Assembly (NCBI GenBank): GCA_964593355.1
Contig: CAZQHM010000021.1
Span: 1,565-65,564, forward strand
Length of the DNA: 64,000 nucleotides
Direction: 5' to 3'
Origin: an uncultured Myxococcales bacterium
GTDB taxonomy: Bacteria; Myxococcota_A; UBA9042; CAIXZC01
Part shown: positions 8,813 to 18,503 of the stretch, piece by piece
Layout: every line of letters begins with the position of its first letter
Numbering within the stretch: position 1 is the first letter of the stretch
Position numbers and translations under genes: made by a program
The notes under the pieces: model-generated
What the model saw: only the letters and a program-made list of their open reading frames with translations
Told to the model about the DNA's origin: nothing
The model's database searches: none

Positions 8813-10159
8813 ATGTACTCAGTGGAAGGCAAGTCGTTCAGCGTGCTGGGTCTGGCCCGGTCGGGCCTGGCTGCGGCCAACTATCTGGCCCGAAACGGGG
8901 CCGATGTCTTCGTCAGCGACCGGGCTCCTGCCCAGAAGCTGCCCTTGGACAAGCTTGACCCTCGGGTGACCGTTTGCGCCGGCGAGGAGAAGGTGCGCCA
9001 GGGAGACGTGGTCGTCATCAGCCCAGGAATCAAGCCTGGAACCCCCGCTCACTCCATGGCACACGAGCTTGGTAGCGAGGTCATCTCGGATATTGAACTG
9101 TTCTATCGGCTCTCTCCGGCTCCCGTACTTGCGGTGACCGGGACCGATGGCAAGTCGACCACAACGGCCCTGCTTGGCGAGCTGTGCGCCGCTGCGGGAT
9201 TCCCGGTCTTTGTGGGAGGCAACATCGGTGTGGCCTGCATGGATGGCCTGAAGCAGCTTTCCAAAGAAGGCCTGGCGGTTCTGGAAGTGAGCTGCTTCCA
9301 GTTGACCCACTGCTACCAGCTGAGACCCAGGGTGGCCTTGGTGACAAACATAGCCGAAGACCACGTGGAGTATCACGGCAGCTTCGAAGAGTATGTTGAG
9401 GCGAAGCGGAGGATTTTCCAGAGCATGGGGGCCGGCGATACCCTGGTGCTCAACGGAGACGATGAACTGCTGGCAACCTGGCAAACCCCCGCCGGCTGCC
9501 GACGAAGAACCTTCGGATGGAGTCAGGGCGGCGAGGCCTGGTGCGACGGCCAGAGCATATTCTTGAAGCGCGATGGCGAGTACCGCCGGCTTGTGGATCT
9601 TGATCGGCTGAAGCTGGTTGGGCGACATAACGCCGAGAACGTCATGGCGGCGCTGCTCTGCATCGATGGCCTGTTTGCCGATGCTTTTGACCTGGTGGAA
9701 GCCATCAAGGCCTTTCCGGGTCTTGAACACCGCATGGAATTCGTTGCCAAGGTGAACGGGGTGGACTTCTACAACGACAGCAAGGCAACAAACCCCCACG
9801 CCGCCATGGCCGTGGTCAACTCGTTCCCCGGGAACTTCGTCGTGCTGGCCGGCGGGTACGAAAAAGGCAGCGATTTCGGCGAGTTGGGGCGCCTCATTGC
9901 CGTGAAGACAAGGGCAGCGGTTCTCTATGGTGCCACCCGTGAGCGGCTGGCAGCGGTGATTCCTCAGGGCCACCCGGTCTTCCTCGTGGAGACGCTGCAG
10001 CAGGCTATTGCCAAGAGCCTCGAGCTGGCGCTGCCCGGTGATAGCGTGGTGCTGGCCCCGGCCTGTGCCTCTTTTGACCAGTTTTCGGATTTTGAAGAGC
10101 GTGGAAGGAAATTCAAGGATTGGGTTCGCCAATTGAACAATGGCGGGGAGAACAAATAG
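8813..10159 (+). CDS. murD: UDP-N-acetylmuramoylalanine--D-glutamate ligase (MurD)
   Basis: 'VLGLARSGLAAANYLARNGADVFVSD' N-terminal fold; 'VTGTDGKSTTTALLGEL' P-loop; 448 aa. Confidence 0.85.
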   Translation: MYSVEGKSFSVLGLARSGLAAANYLARNGADVFVSDRAPAQKLPLDKLDPRVTVCAGEEKVRQGDVVVISPGIKPGTPAHSMAHELGSEVISDIELFYRLSPAPVLAVTGTDGKSTTTALLGELCAAAGFPVFVGGNIGVACMDGLKQLSKEGLAVLEVSCFQLTHCYQLRPRVALVTNIAEDHVEYHGSFEEYVEAKRRIFQSMGAGDTLVLNGDDELLATWQTPAGCRRRTFGWSQGGEAWCDGQSIFLKRDGEYRRLVDLDRLKLVGRHNAENVMAALLCIDGLFADAFDLVEAIKAFPGLEHRMEFVAKVNGVDFYNDSKATNPHAAMAVVNSFPGNFVVLAGGYEKGSDFGELGRLIAVKTRAAVLYGATRERLAAVIPQGHPVFLVETLQQAIAKSLELALPGDSVVLAPACASFDQFSDFEERGRKFKDWVRQLNNGGENK

Positions 10160-11182
10160 ATGAACGAAGTGATTGATGAACTCAGGGACAAAGCGGAACG
10201 TGAACTGGCGCTTGTCCACGATGAAGGGGCCCTGCGCCTGGTGGAGATAACATACCTGGGCAAGAAGGGCTCGGTGCAGGGGCTTATGACCCAGATGAAG
10301 GCCCTCTCCCCCGAGCAGAGGCCGGCCTTCGGCAAAGAGGTCAACGAGCTGAAAGACTTTCTTGAGGAGCGGGTTGATACCCTGCGAGCGCAAATGCGCG
10401 AGCGTGAACTTCTCAAGGAGGTGATGGACCCCTACCTCGACCCAACGCTGCCCGGCATAAAGCCCTCACTGGGTGGGCTTCACCCGGTGACGGTTATCCA
10501 GCGCAAGGTTGAGGCGGTGTTCAGGTCTATGGGATTCATCATCCCAGACTACCCCGAGGCGGAATCGGAGTACTTCAATTTCGAGGCCCTGAACATTCCG
10601 TCGGACCACCCGGCCCGAGACATGCAGGATACCTTCTGGCTGACCGACGGCCATCTGCTCAGGACTCACACATCTCCGGGGCAGGTGCGGGCCATTAGAA
10701 CCTTCAAGCCGCCAGTCAGGGTGCTGCTTCCCGGCAAGGTCTACCGTTACGAGGCCGTGGACGCCTCCCACGAGCACACCTTTCACCAGGTGGAGGGGCT
10801 GCTCATCGACCGGGATGTCTCGGTGGCTCATCTGATTCACTCCATGAAGACGCTGGTGAGGGAGGTCTTTGAAAGGGACGTTACAATCAGGCTGAGGCCC
10901 GGCTACTTCCCCTTCGTAGAGCCCGGCTTCGAACTGGACATGGTCTGTTCGGTTTGCGGGGGCAAGGGGTGTTCGGTGTGCAAAGGCAGCGGATGGGTGG
11001 AGGTTCTTCCTTGCGGTCTGGTGCACCCCAACGTGATCAGGGCCGGCGGACTGGATCCAAACGAGTGGCACGGGTGGGCCTTTGGCCTTGGCCTGAGCCG
11101 CCTGACCATGATGCGCTACAAGATCTCTGGCATCAGAAATCTTATGGCCGGAGACTTGAGATTCTTGGGTCAGTTCATCTAA
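10160..11182 (+). CDS. pheS: Phenylalanine--tRNA ligase alpha subunit
   Basis: 'FNFEALNIPSDHPARDMQDTFW', 'GLLIDRDVSVAHL', 'AFGLGLSRLTMMRY' are class II aaRS PheS motifs; 340 aa. Starts 1 nt after the murD stop. Confidence 0.95.
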   Translation: MNEVIDELRDKAERELALVHDEGALRLVEITYLGKKGSVQGLMTQMKALSPEQRPAFGKEVNELKDFLEERVDTLRAQMRERELLKEVMDPYLDPTLPGIKPSLGGLHPVTVIQRKVEAVFRSMGFIIPDYPEAESEYFNFEALNIPSDHPARDMQDTFWLTDGHLLRTHTSPGQVRAIRTFKPPVRVLLPGKVYRYEAVDASHEHTFHQVEGLLIDRDVSVAHLIHSMKTLVREVFERDVTIRLRPGYFPFVEPGFELDMVCSVCGGKGCSVCKGSGWVEVLPCGLVHPNVIRAGGLDPNEWHGWAFGLGLSRLTMMRYKISGIRNLMAGDLRFLGQFI

Positions 11183-11206
11183 TCTCGAATATGTGAGGCA
11201 TATGCC

Positions 11207-13603
11207 GTGAAGATATCTTGGAATTGGTTGAATAGACATGTGGATTTATCGGGTCTGGACCCTCACGAAATCGCTCATCGCTTCACCATGTCGGTGGCGG
11301 AGTTGGATGGGGTTGAGGAGTTTGGCCGAAGCTACAATGAGGCGGTGGTTGCCAGGGTGCTGGAGATCGACGTTCATCCTCACGCCAGCCAGGTTCGCAT
11401 AGTGAAGCTGGACACGGGGCGGGGCACGGTGTCGTTGGTCTCGGGGGCGCCAAACCTGAGGGTTGGTATGCATCTGCCCTACGCTCCTCCTGGCGTTCAG
11501 TTGGAGGGGCTTGACGGCAAGCCTTTGGTCTCAGTGGTGACAATCCGGGGTGTCGAGAGCCCCGGCGTGGTCTGTTCTGAGAGGGAGCTGGGCATCTCGG
11601 ACAATCACGATGGGGTGATGGATATTCCGGAGGGGGTGCCCGTTGGCACGCCTCTGGCCGAATGGGCGCCGCTGCACGACTTCGTCCTCGAGTTGGACAA
11701 TACGTCCATAACCCACAGGCCTGACCTGTGGGGTCACAGAGGCATAGCCCGGGAGATTGCTGCGCTTGTGGGTCGCACCCTGCGGCCCTTCTCCATGGAG
11801 ATACCCCAGGGGGTTCAGGACCCGCTGGTGGTGACGGTTGAGGATCCTGATCTCTGCCCCAGGTATACGGCTTTGGTGTTCGACAACATCAAGGTAGCGG
11901 AGAGCCCGGTCTGGCTCAAGTGCATGTTGAGCATGGTAGGCGTGCGGCCTATCAACAACGTGGTAGACCTGACCAACTTCGTGATGCTCGATGTGGCCAA
12001 TCCCACCCACGCCTTCGACGCTCGGTTCATTGCCGGCCCCAGCATCAACGTTCGCAGCGCGCAGCCGGGCGAGGAGTTGACCACGCTGGATGGTCAGGAG
12101 CGGACTCTGGTGCTCTCCGACGTGGTCATTGCCGATGCGGAGAAGGGCATTGGGCTTGGTGGGATAATGGGGGGCGAGAACAGCCAGATTCTGCCTGACA
12201 CCAGCAGGGTGGTGCTGGAATCGGCCTCGTTCAATCCCTCGGCAATCCGTCGCACCTCGTCCAGGTTGGGTCTGAGAACCGATGCTTCTGTGCGCTTCGA
12301 GAAGGCACTGGAGCGTGAGATGCCCTTGCAGGCCACGGCTCTGTTTGCCCGTCTGCTGCCCGAGCTGGCCCCCGGGGCAGTGGTGGCCAGCCGCCTCTAC
12401 GATGTGGCGGCGCCTGCCCCGGCGCCCGTGGTGCTGGACGTCAAGCCGTCCTGGATTCGCAGGAAGCTGGGCGTTGACCTTGACGATGGGACCATGGCCG
12501 GGATGCTCGAGAAGATCGAGTTTGTGGTTGAGCGTTCCCACGACCGCTTCTTGATTCACGTTCCGCCCTTCCGGGCCACGCGGGATGTAACAATTCCCGA
12601 GGATATAGTAGAAGAAATCGGCCGTCTCTATGGTTACGACAACATTGTGCCCGTGCCCATCCTGGCTCCTGTTGAGCCGCCACCTCGCATAGCGGCCAAC
12701 GAACTCTCACCCGTTGTGGCGGACACCCTTGTGGGCATCGGCTATCAGGAGATCCTGTCGTACAGCTTCGACTCGGCGCAGTTCGCTGCCACCATGGGTT
12801 ACGACCTGTCCGAGGCCCCAGAGCTTCGCAACCCCATCTCGGCGGATATGCCCGTCATGCGCCGCTCGTTGCTTCCCAACATGCTTCTTGCGGCAGGCCG
12901 AAACGCCTTGGAATGGGACCAGTTCCGGCTCTTCGAGATGGGGCGCGTCTTCTTCACTGATATGGAGGGCGAGATTCCGTACCAGGAGAGGCGCGTAGCA
13001 GGCGTTCTTTACGGGCGCCACGAAGACAACTTCGACATCTATCGGAAGCTTCGGGGGGATGTAGAGCTTCTGCTTGGCAGGCTACACCGGGGCGCCCCCA
13101 AGTTTGTCGTGCCCGATGCCATGGCCAACATGCCCTGGACCGTGCCAGACAAGGCCAGGTCCATCGAGGTGGCAGGCAAGCTGGTTGGCTACGTCTCGCT
13201 GCTCAACCCTCTGGTTAGAGACAAGATGAAGGTTCGTGGCGCCATGGCCCTCTTCGAACTCAACCTCGAGGAGTTGTTCGAACTGCCCGAGGTGGTCCCG
13301 GTCTTCCAGCCGCTTCCACGGTTCCCCTCCATCGAGCAGGACATCAGCGTCATCGTGGAGTGCGAGATGCCCTTCGATGAAGTTGAGAGGGCCATTACCC
13401 GGCGCGGGACCGAACTGCTCAACGGATGTGCCCTCGTGGCTGTCTTCAAGGGGGCGCCAATCCCCGATGGGAAGAAGAGCCTCTCGTTCAGACTTGAGTT
13501 CCGCAGCCCCGAACGCACCCTCACCGATGACGACGTACAGCCGGTAATGTCCGACATTCTCGCCGGGCTGAGGGCCGACGTGGGCGGCGACATCCGCAGT
13601 TGA
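11207..13603 (+). CDS. pheT: Phenylalanine--tRNA ligase beta subunit
   Basis: 798 aa. N-terminal tRNA-binding 'MKISWNWLNRHVDL'; B3/4 and B5 regions; C-terminal FDX-ACB 'EQDISVIVECEMPFDEV'. Confidence 0.95.
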   Translation: MKISWNWLNRHVDLSGLDPHEIAHRFTMSVAELDGVEEFGRSYNEAVVARVLEIDVHPHASQVRIVKLDTGRGTVSLVSGAPNLRVGMHLPYAPPGVQLEGLDGKPLVSVVTIRGVESPGVVCSERELGISDNHDGVMDIPEGVPVGTPLAEWAPLHDFVLELDNTSITHRPDLWGHRGIAREIAALVGRTLRPFSMEIPQGVQDPLVVTVEDPDLCPRYTALVFDNIKVAESPVWLKCMLSMVGVRPINNVVDLTNFVMLDVANPTHAFDARFIAGPSINVRSAQPGEELTTLDGQERTLVLSDVVIADAEKGIGLGGIMGGENSQILPDTSRVVLESASFNPSAIRRTSSRLGLRTDASVRFEKALEREMPLQATALFARLLPELAPGAVVASRLYDVAAPAPAPVVLDVKPSWIRRKLGVDLDDGTMAGMLEKIEFVVERSHDRFLIHVPPFRATRDVTIPEDIVEEIGRLYGYDNIVPVPILAPVEPPPRIAANELSPVVADTLVGIGYQEILSYSFDSAQFAATMGYDLSEAPELRNPISADMPVMRRSLLPNMLLAAGRNALEWDQFRLFEMGRVFFTDMEGEIPYQERRVAGVLYGRHEDNFDIYRKLRGDVELLLGRLHRGAPKFVVPDAMANMPWTVPDKARSIEVAGKLVGYVSLLNPLVRDKMKVRGAMALFELNLEELFELPEVVPVFQPLPRFPSIEQDISVIVECEMPFDEVERAITRRGTELLNGCALVAVFKGAPIPDGKKSLSFRLEFRSPERTLTDDDVQPVMSDILAGLRADVGGDIRS

Positions 13604-14841
13604 ACGACGCCGGCGCTCACTTGAGAGGCAGCATGAGGCAGTGGCCAGAAGCAGTACTCTTCATAAGTAAACCCATGGTCCCGCCCTGGAACGACAGCGG
13701 CAAGAACCTGGCCAGGGATCTGGCTGGGGCTTTGAAGTGGCAGAGAGTTCACGTCATGGGAGTGCAAGGGGAGGTTGGTGGCCCGGCAGTTCCAGGCACC
13801 CTTGGTGTGGCAGCGGCAAAGCAGGCCGAGCTTGGGCAGATGGGCCCCAACGTCGTGTATGAACCGGTCTACTCTGGAACCGGCAGTTTTGGTGCGGGAA
13901 TCAGACAGAATCTGGCTCCGCTCAGGCGCCTGCTAACCCCCGATGATATTCCTCTATACCACTTCTTTTTCGCTCCAAACCCCAGAACGTCGCTTGTTGC
14001 ACGCTCACTGCTAACCATCAAGCGCCGAGCGACGGTGCATACCATGCTCAGTGCACCGGCTTCGTATGAACGGGCCAGTCGACTCCTCTTCGCCGACCGG
14101 ACCGTGGCCCTGAGTCATCACACCAAGGCCATGCTGGAGCAGCAGGGAGTGCAAGGCGTCGTAGTCATTCCTCCGTGCGTACCAACCAGGCCCGCCGTTT
14201 CTCAGGAGCGGAAACTCGGGGTGATGCAGAGGTTGGGCTTGACCACGGGGCGACCCTTTGTTCTCTTTGCCGGCGACTACGAGTACTCCTCGGCAGCATC
14301 AACATGCTCGCAGGCCCTGGAATCCATAACCGGTGAGGGTGGGGCTGACTTCGTCTTCGCCTGTCGAATGAAGAAAGGGCATATTGGAAAGGCTCTGGAG
14401 ACCAGCATTAGAGAGGGAATCTGCAATAGCCGCTGCGCTGCCCGGGTCTTCTTCTTCAACGAAGTGGACGACATGGATGCACTCATCGCAGCGGCCACCG
14501 TGCAGGTGATGCCGGCAGACTCTCTCTATGCCAAGATGGACATCCCTCTGGTGCTGTTGGAGTCGCTGCGAGAGGGTGTACCTGTGGTGGTGGCGGACCA
14601 CGGCCCTCTTCCGGAGCTTCTGCGCCGCCCCGTGGGCAGTGTCGTGCCCGTGAAGGACCCGGGGGCTCTGGCGGCCGCCGTGAACAGGCTGCTGGGGGAC
14701 CCGGAGATGCGGGCTTCCATGGGGCGAGAGGGCCAGGCCCTGGTAGATGAGGAGTACTCACCTGCCGCTATGGCCTCCAAGTACAGAGAGTTATATAAGG
14801 AACTTCTTGATAGTAAGGGGATTAAGTATGAGAAAAGATAA
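13600..14841 (+). CDS. Glycosyltransferase, GT4/GT1-fold (Glycos_transf_1 C-terminal domain)
   Basis: 'LLESLREGVPVVVADHGPLPELL...GDPEMRASMGREGQALVDEEYS' is a typical GT-B C-terminal motif. The start is uncertain: a TTG at 13600 overlaps the pheT stop, and an ATG at 13633 is an alternative. Confidence 0.65.
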   Translation: MNDAGAHLRGSMRQWPEAVLFISKPMVPPWNDSGKNLARDLAGALKWQRVHVMGVQGEVGGPAVPGTLGVAAAKQAELGQMGPNVVYEPVYSGTGSFGAGIRQNLAPLRRLLTPDDIPLYHFFFAPNPRTSLVARSLLTIKRRATVHTMLSAPASYERASRLLFADRTVALSHHTKAMLEQQGVQGVVVIPPCVPTRPAVSQERKLGVMQRLGLTTGRPFVLFAGDYEYSSAASTCSQALESITGEGGADFVFACRMKKGHIGKALETSIREGICNSRCAARVFFFNEVDDMDALIAAATVQVMPADSLYAKMDIPLVLLESLREGVPVVVADHGPLPELLRRPVGSVVPVKDPGALAAAVNRLLGDPEMRASMGREGQALVDEEYSPAAMASKYRELYKELLDSKGIKYEKR

Positions 14842-15541
14842 TAAAACATACTACGATGAGTTTTCGCAGGGATATGAAAAAGAGCGTTTCAAGCGCTATC
14901 ATCGGTTCCTGGACGAGAGCGAGCTGAGCATTGCCAGGCCCTACTGCGAGGGCAAACGGGTGCTTGAGGTTGGCTGTGGCACCGGTCTGCTTCTAGCGCC
15001 GCTGGCCGAGGTCGCCGAGTCTGCCGTGGGTATCGATTTGAGCGAAGGAATGCTGGCGAAGGCCAAGGAGCGGGGGCTTACGGTGAAGCAGGCGTCGGCC
15101 ACGTCGTTGCCCTTCTCGGACAGCTCCTTCGACACGGTGGTCTCGTTCAAGGTGCTTGCCCACGTGGAGGAGATTCAGAAGGCCCTGCACGAGGCCGTGC
15201 GGGTCACGCGCCCCGGGGGCCATCTTGTGCTGGAGTTCTACAACAAGCACTCTGTTCGCTCTCTGGTCAAACTGCTGAAGCCGGCCCATTCCGTCGCCGA
15301 TTCCACCACCGATGAGCAGGTCTACACACGGTTCGATTCGTTGTCGGACATAGCCTCTTATCTTCCGTCGGGGGCACAGATAGTGAAGGTTGCAGGCATC
15401 CGCGTGCTGGCCCCCACCTATCATTTCTATAACGCTCCGCTGCTTGGCACAGCCACCGTTGCTCTGGAACGAAGGCTCCAGAACTCTGCCCTGGCCAGAC
15501 TTGGCGGATTCCTCGTTGTGGTTGTTCAGAAGGCAGGCTAG
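14828..15541 (+). CDS. Class I SAM-dependent methyltransferase
   Basis: 'VLEVGCGTGLLLAPLAE' is motif I; 'LPFSDSSFDTVVSFKVLAHV' and 'LHEAVRVTRPGGHLVLE' follow. ATG at 14828, overlapping the upstream gene by 14 nt. Confidence 0.8.
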   Translation: MRKDNKTYYDEFSQGYEKERFKRYHRFLDESELSIARPYCEGKRVLEVGCGTGLLLAPLAEVAESAVGIDLSEGMLAKAKERGLTVKQASATSLPFSDSSFDTVVSFKVLAHVEEIQKALHEAVRVTRPGGHLVLEFYNKHSVRSLVKLLKPAHSVADSTTDEQVYTRFDSLSDIASYLPSGAQIVKVAGIRVLAPTYHFYNAPLLGTATVALERRLQNSALARLGGFLVVVVQKAG

Positions 15542-15613
15542 GGCTTGGGCCGGAGGTAAACCACTGCTCGCCATTCTCGTCCCCCCTTCGACTCGTCCCT
15601 GGCCTCGCTCAGG

Positions 15614-15658
15614 GTACACGGCTGCTGGGGGGATCGAGATATGTGAGCAGCCGTGTAC
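15614..15658. repeat. Palindromic element copy 2
   Basis: 'GTACACGGCTGCT ggggggatcgagatatgtg AGCAGCCGTGTAC'. It has the same loop core as copy 1, and the stem differs by compensatory changes (c/g->g/c outer pair, c-g->t-a inner pair). Confidence 0.6.
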
Positions 15659-15808
15659 TTCTGCCCGTGAGGCGTGGTGGCACTCAGGGCTGCGTCGCTT
15701 GAGCCCTATAGGGCTGGACGCATCATCGGCGTCGGCGATTCCCTTGACTTCCACAGGCGTTTTTGGCTTCCTTGCATGGTTTGGGTCCCTTTGAGCTGGA
15801 GGTTGCTT

Positions 15809-18406
15809 ATGAGAATCAGTGTGCTGTTATTCCTGTCGATGGTGGTGGCATGGTCATGCGGAAGCGACTCCAAGCAGGAGGCCCCTGATACCGGCCTTGA
15901 CGTGGTCTCGGAGGTGCAGGTCGATTCTCAGCCGGAACTTGCGGCAGACCTGGAGCCCGAAGAGTTGCCGCCAGTGGAGGATATCGAGGACGTCGCCCCG
16001 GAAATTGAGGATGTCGTCGAGGTCGAGGAGCTGGTACCCGAGGTCGTGGAGGTTGTCGAGGAGGTTGACACCCTGACCTGGGACTACCCCGACCCCGCCA
16101 TTGTCAACAAGATGGAGGCCCAGCCCCTGGTTAGCGCTGCCAGCACCTTCGTGGCCGATGAAACGGTGCAGTATCGCTGCCCGGACCACCTCCCTGGAAC
16201 GGCGGCCAGGGCGGTGAAGTGGGTTTCGGGTACCCTTTGGGTTGGCACCGACGCCGGGCTGTTCAAGTATCTTCCGGAGACAGATGCTTTCGAGCTTGTA
16301 CCAATTACAGAAAATAAATCGATTGTTGATATTGCTGGTAACATGAGTACTAATGGGCTCTTCTTCGTTGCCGCAACCGACGCAATAATCTGGTTCCAGC
16401 CTGCCGGCGCCCTGACGGGCACCCTGCCACTGCCTGACGACGCTGTGGAGTTCACCAGCGTGGCAGTTCAGGGTACCGATGTGGTGGCCGGGACGAAGGG
16501 GCTGGGCCTCATTCGAGTAATTCTCAACACGCCGGCGGACTACCTGCCGGCAGGCAGCGCAGGAGGCCCACTTGCGCCTGCGGTGAGGGATGTGGCCTAT
16601 GGACCGTCGGGTACGATCTGGGTGGCAACGTCAGAAGGCATCCTGGTGTTGGCCGGCGACGAGATTTCCAGAAAGAACGCTGCCAACGGCGACCTGCCCG
16701 ACGACGATGTCCGTGCTCTCTTTGTGGACTCGGCCAACTTCATCTGGGCCATAACCCCAACCTCAGTGGTCAGAATCAAGGGAGCGGAAACCAAGATTCT
16801 TACTGCGGGCGTGGGGATGCTGCCCACGGAGGCTCATCTCAGCATTGCGGTGGGACAGGAGATGCTGGTGCTGGGTCACGAAGTTGGGGCAACGGTGGTT
16901 GAGGAGCCCTTGAAGGGCGATCTTCTGTTCAAGCGGTTTGACCACTACCACTCCAAGCGTTTCTTGCCGGGCAACAGCGTCTACGCCGTTGCCATTGATG
17001 GAGATGGCAACGTCTGGATGGCCACCTCCGGCGGTGTTGCCAAGAGGCAGCTGCTGCAAATGACCTATGAAGAAAAGGAGGCGTTCTTCCATGAGATGCT
17101 GGAGCGCCAGTTCTGGCGCATGGATGGCTTCGTCTCCTCCGACGCCATCCTGGAGCACCCGGACCAGTACTACCAGGACGTAGACTGGCTGCGCTGGGAC
17201 AAAGACAATGATGGGCTATGGACACAGATGCAGATTGGGGCCTTCTGCTATGCATACGCCGTAACAAAAGACGAGAAGTATTATGAGGCGGCCAGGAAGG
17301 CCATGAAAAATATGTTTATGCTCGTAGATCTCCCTGCAGTGACCTTCGGAAAACGGGGCTTCATTGCCAGATCAATCGTGAGGGATGATGAGGGGGAAGT
17401 TTTCAATACGAAGATGGAGAGGGATAATTGGCACGAGGTGGAATGGGAGGGGAAGACATACTATTGGAAAGATGATACATCATCAGATGAAATCGATGGT
17501 CATTTTTACGGCTTCCCGTTATATTATGATTTATGTGCCAAGACAGAGGAGGAGAAGCAGGAAGTAGCCAAATATGCATCAGAAGTGCTTGACTACATCC
17601 TGGATAATGGTTACCTCCTGATAGACCTTGACGGTGAGAAGACAACCCACGGCCATTGGGGCCCGGATACAATTGGTTCTGCAGGAATAGGGCTCAATGA
17701 GTGTATGGCAGCGGCTAAGGGGAAGCCGAATATGGTTGATTTGGTGGCATGGTGTGTGGATTCATACTATGGTGGCGGATGGCTGAATGGAAACGAAATA
17801 GTAGGTGCGCTGCTTGCTACATATCACATGACCGGAGACAAGAAGTATTATGATGCATATGAGATACTTATTCAGGTTCATGGATATGATAACTTGCTGG
17901 TTCCTCACCAGGACACGCTGACAGTCACTAATCCAAGCATAATGAACCACTCCGACCATGAGCTTGCGATGTTGGCTTATCAGACAGTGCTAAGATATGA
18001 GCCGAATCCTGAAAGAAGGCAGAAGTGGATAGATGGGTTTAAGTTTTTCTATGATTATGAAGTTGTAGAGCGAAATCCCCTCTGGGCAGCATATGCGGCC
18101 CTGGCTATGGAGACCGACCCAAATCAGGTAGCCGAGACCCTGGTCAGCCTCCAGGAGATTCCAAGGGACCTCAGAGAGTGGGCCATTGATCAATCCCATC
18201 GCAAGGACTCATTGCCCTGGCCCCTGGACCGCTTCGACAAGCCCCAGACCGAGAACGTCTACCCATACGACGAAATCAGGACCATCTGGTGGAACGGCAA
18301 CTTGCACGTTGTGACCAGCGGCGGCGATGGGCGAAACGTGAACGGGCCGCTGGCGTGGCTGCTTCCTTATTGGGCCTTCCGATATGCCGGCATAATCTCC
18401 GAATGA
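15809..18406 (+). CDS. Secreted/lipoprotein with acidic linker, Reg_prop-like beta-propeller repeats and a low-GC C-terminal domain of unknown function
   Basis: ATG at 15809 has GGAGG 7 nt upstream; the ORF track start at 15674 is probably too long. Signal 'MRISVLLFLSMVVAWSCGS'. Acidic tract 'EDIEDVAPEIEDVVEVEELVPEVVEVVEEV'. Propeller-like repeats 'GTLWVGTDAGLFKY', 'GTIWVATSEGILVL', 'NFIWAITPTSVVRI', 'GNVWMATSGGVAKR'. The C-terminal ~270 aa (17270-18070) has markedly lower GC. Confidence 0.55.
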   Translation: MRISVLLFLSMVVAWSCGSDSKQEAPDTGLDVVSEVQVDSQPELAADLEPEELPPVEDIEDVAPEIEDVVEVEELVPEVVEVVEEVDTLTWDYPDPAIVNKMEAQPLVSAASTFVADETVQYRCPDHLPGTAARAVKWVSGTLWVGTDAGLFKYLPETDAFELVPITENKSIVDIAGNMSTNGLFFVAATDAIIWFQPAGALTGTLPLPDDAVEFTSVAVQGTDVVAGTKGLGLIRVILNTPADYLPAGSAGGPLAPAVRDVAYGPSGTIWVATSEGILVLAGDEISRKNAANGDLPDDDVRALFVDSANFIWAITPTSVVRIKGAETKILTAGVGMLPTEAHLSIAVGQEMLVLGHEVGATVVEEPLKGDLLFKRFDHYHSKRFLPGNSVYAVAIDGDGNVWMATSGGVAKRQLLQMTYEEKEAFFHEMLERQFWRMDGFVSSDAILEHPDQYYQDVDWLRWDKDNDGLWTQMQIGAFCYAYAVTKDEKYYEAARKAMKNMFMLVDLPAVTFGKRGFIARSIVRDDEGEVFNTKMERDNWHEVEWEGKTYYWKDDTSSDEIDGHFYGFPLYYDLCAKTEEEKQEVAKYASEVLDYILDNGYLLIDLDGEKTTHGHWGPDTIGSAGIGLNECMAAAKGKPNMVDLVAWCVDSYYGGGWLNGNEIVGALLATYHMTGDKKYYDAYEILIQVHGYDNLLVPHQDTLTVTNPSIMNHSDHELAMLAYQTVLRYEPNPERRQKWIDGFKFFYDYEVVERNPLWAAYAALAMETDPNQVAETLVSLQEIPRDLREWAIDQSHRKDSLPWPLDRFDKPQTENVYPYDEIRTIWWNGNLHVVTSGGDGRNVNGPLAWLLPYWAFRYAGIISE

Positions 18407-18503
18407 GCTATCCGATGCTCCCCAGAGGCTAAGGTGATGGCAAGTGCGACGGCATCGTTCGACTATCGTTCATTGGACCGTTTCGTGACCATGGAGGCAG
18501 AGG

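Noticed and set aside
7104-13603. Long minus-strand ORFs 7104..8801, 8819..10393, 10466..11239, 11531..12559 opposite murC, murD, pheS, pheT
   Set aside because: They are antisense shadows of well-supported housekeeping genes, with no recognisable domains.
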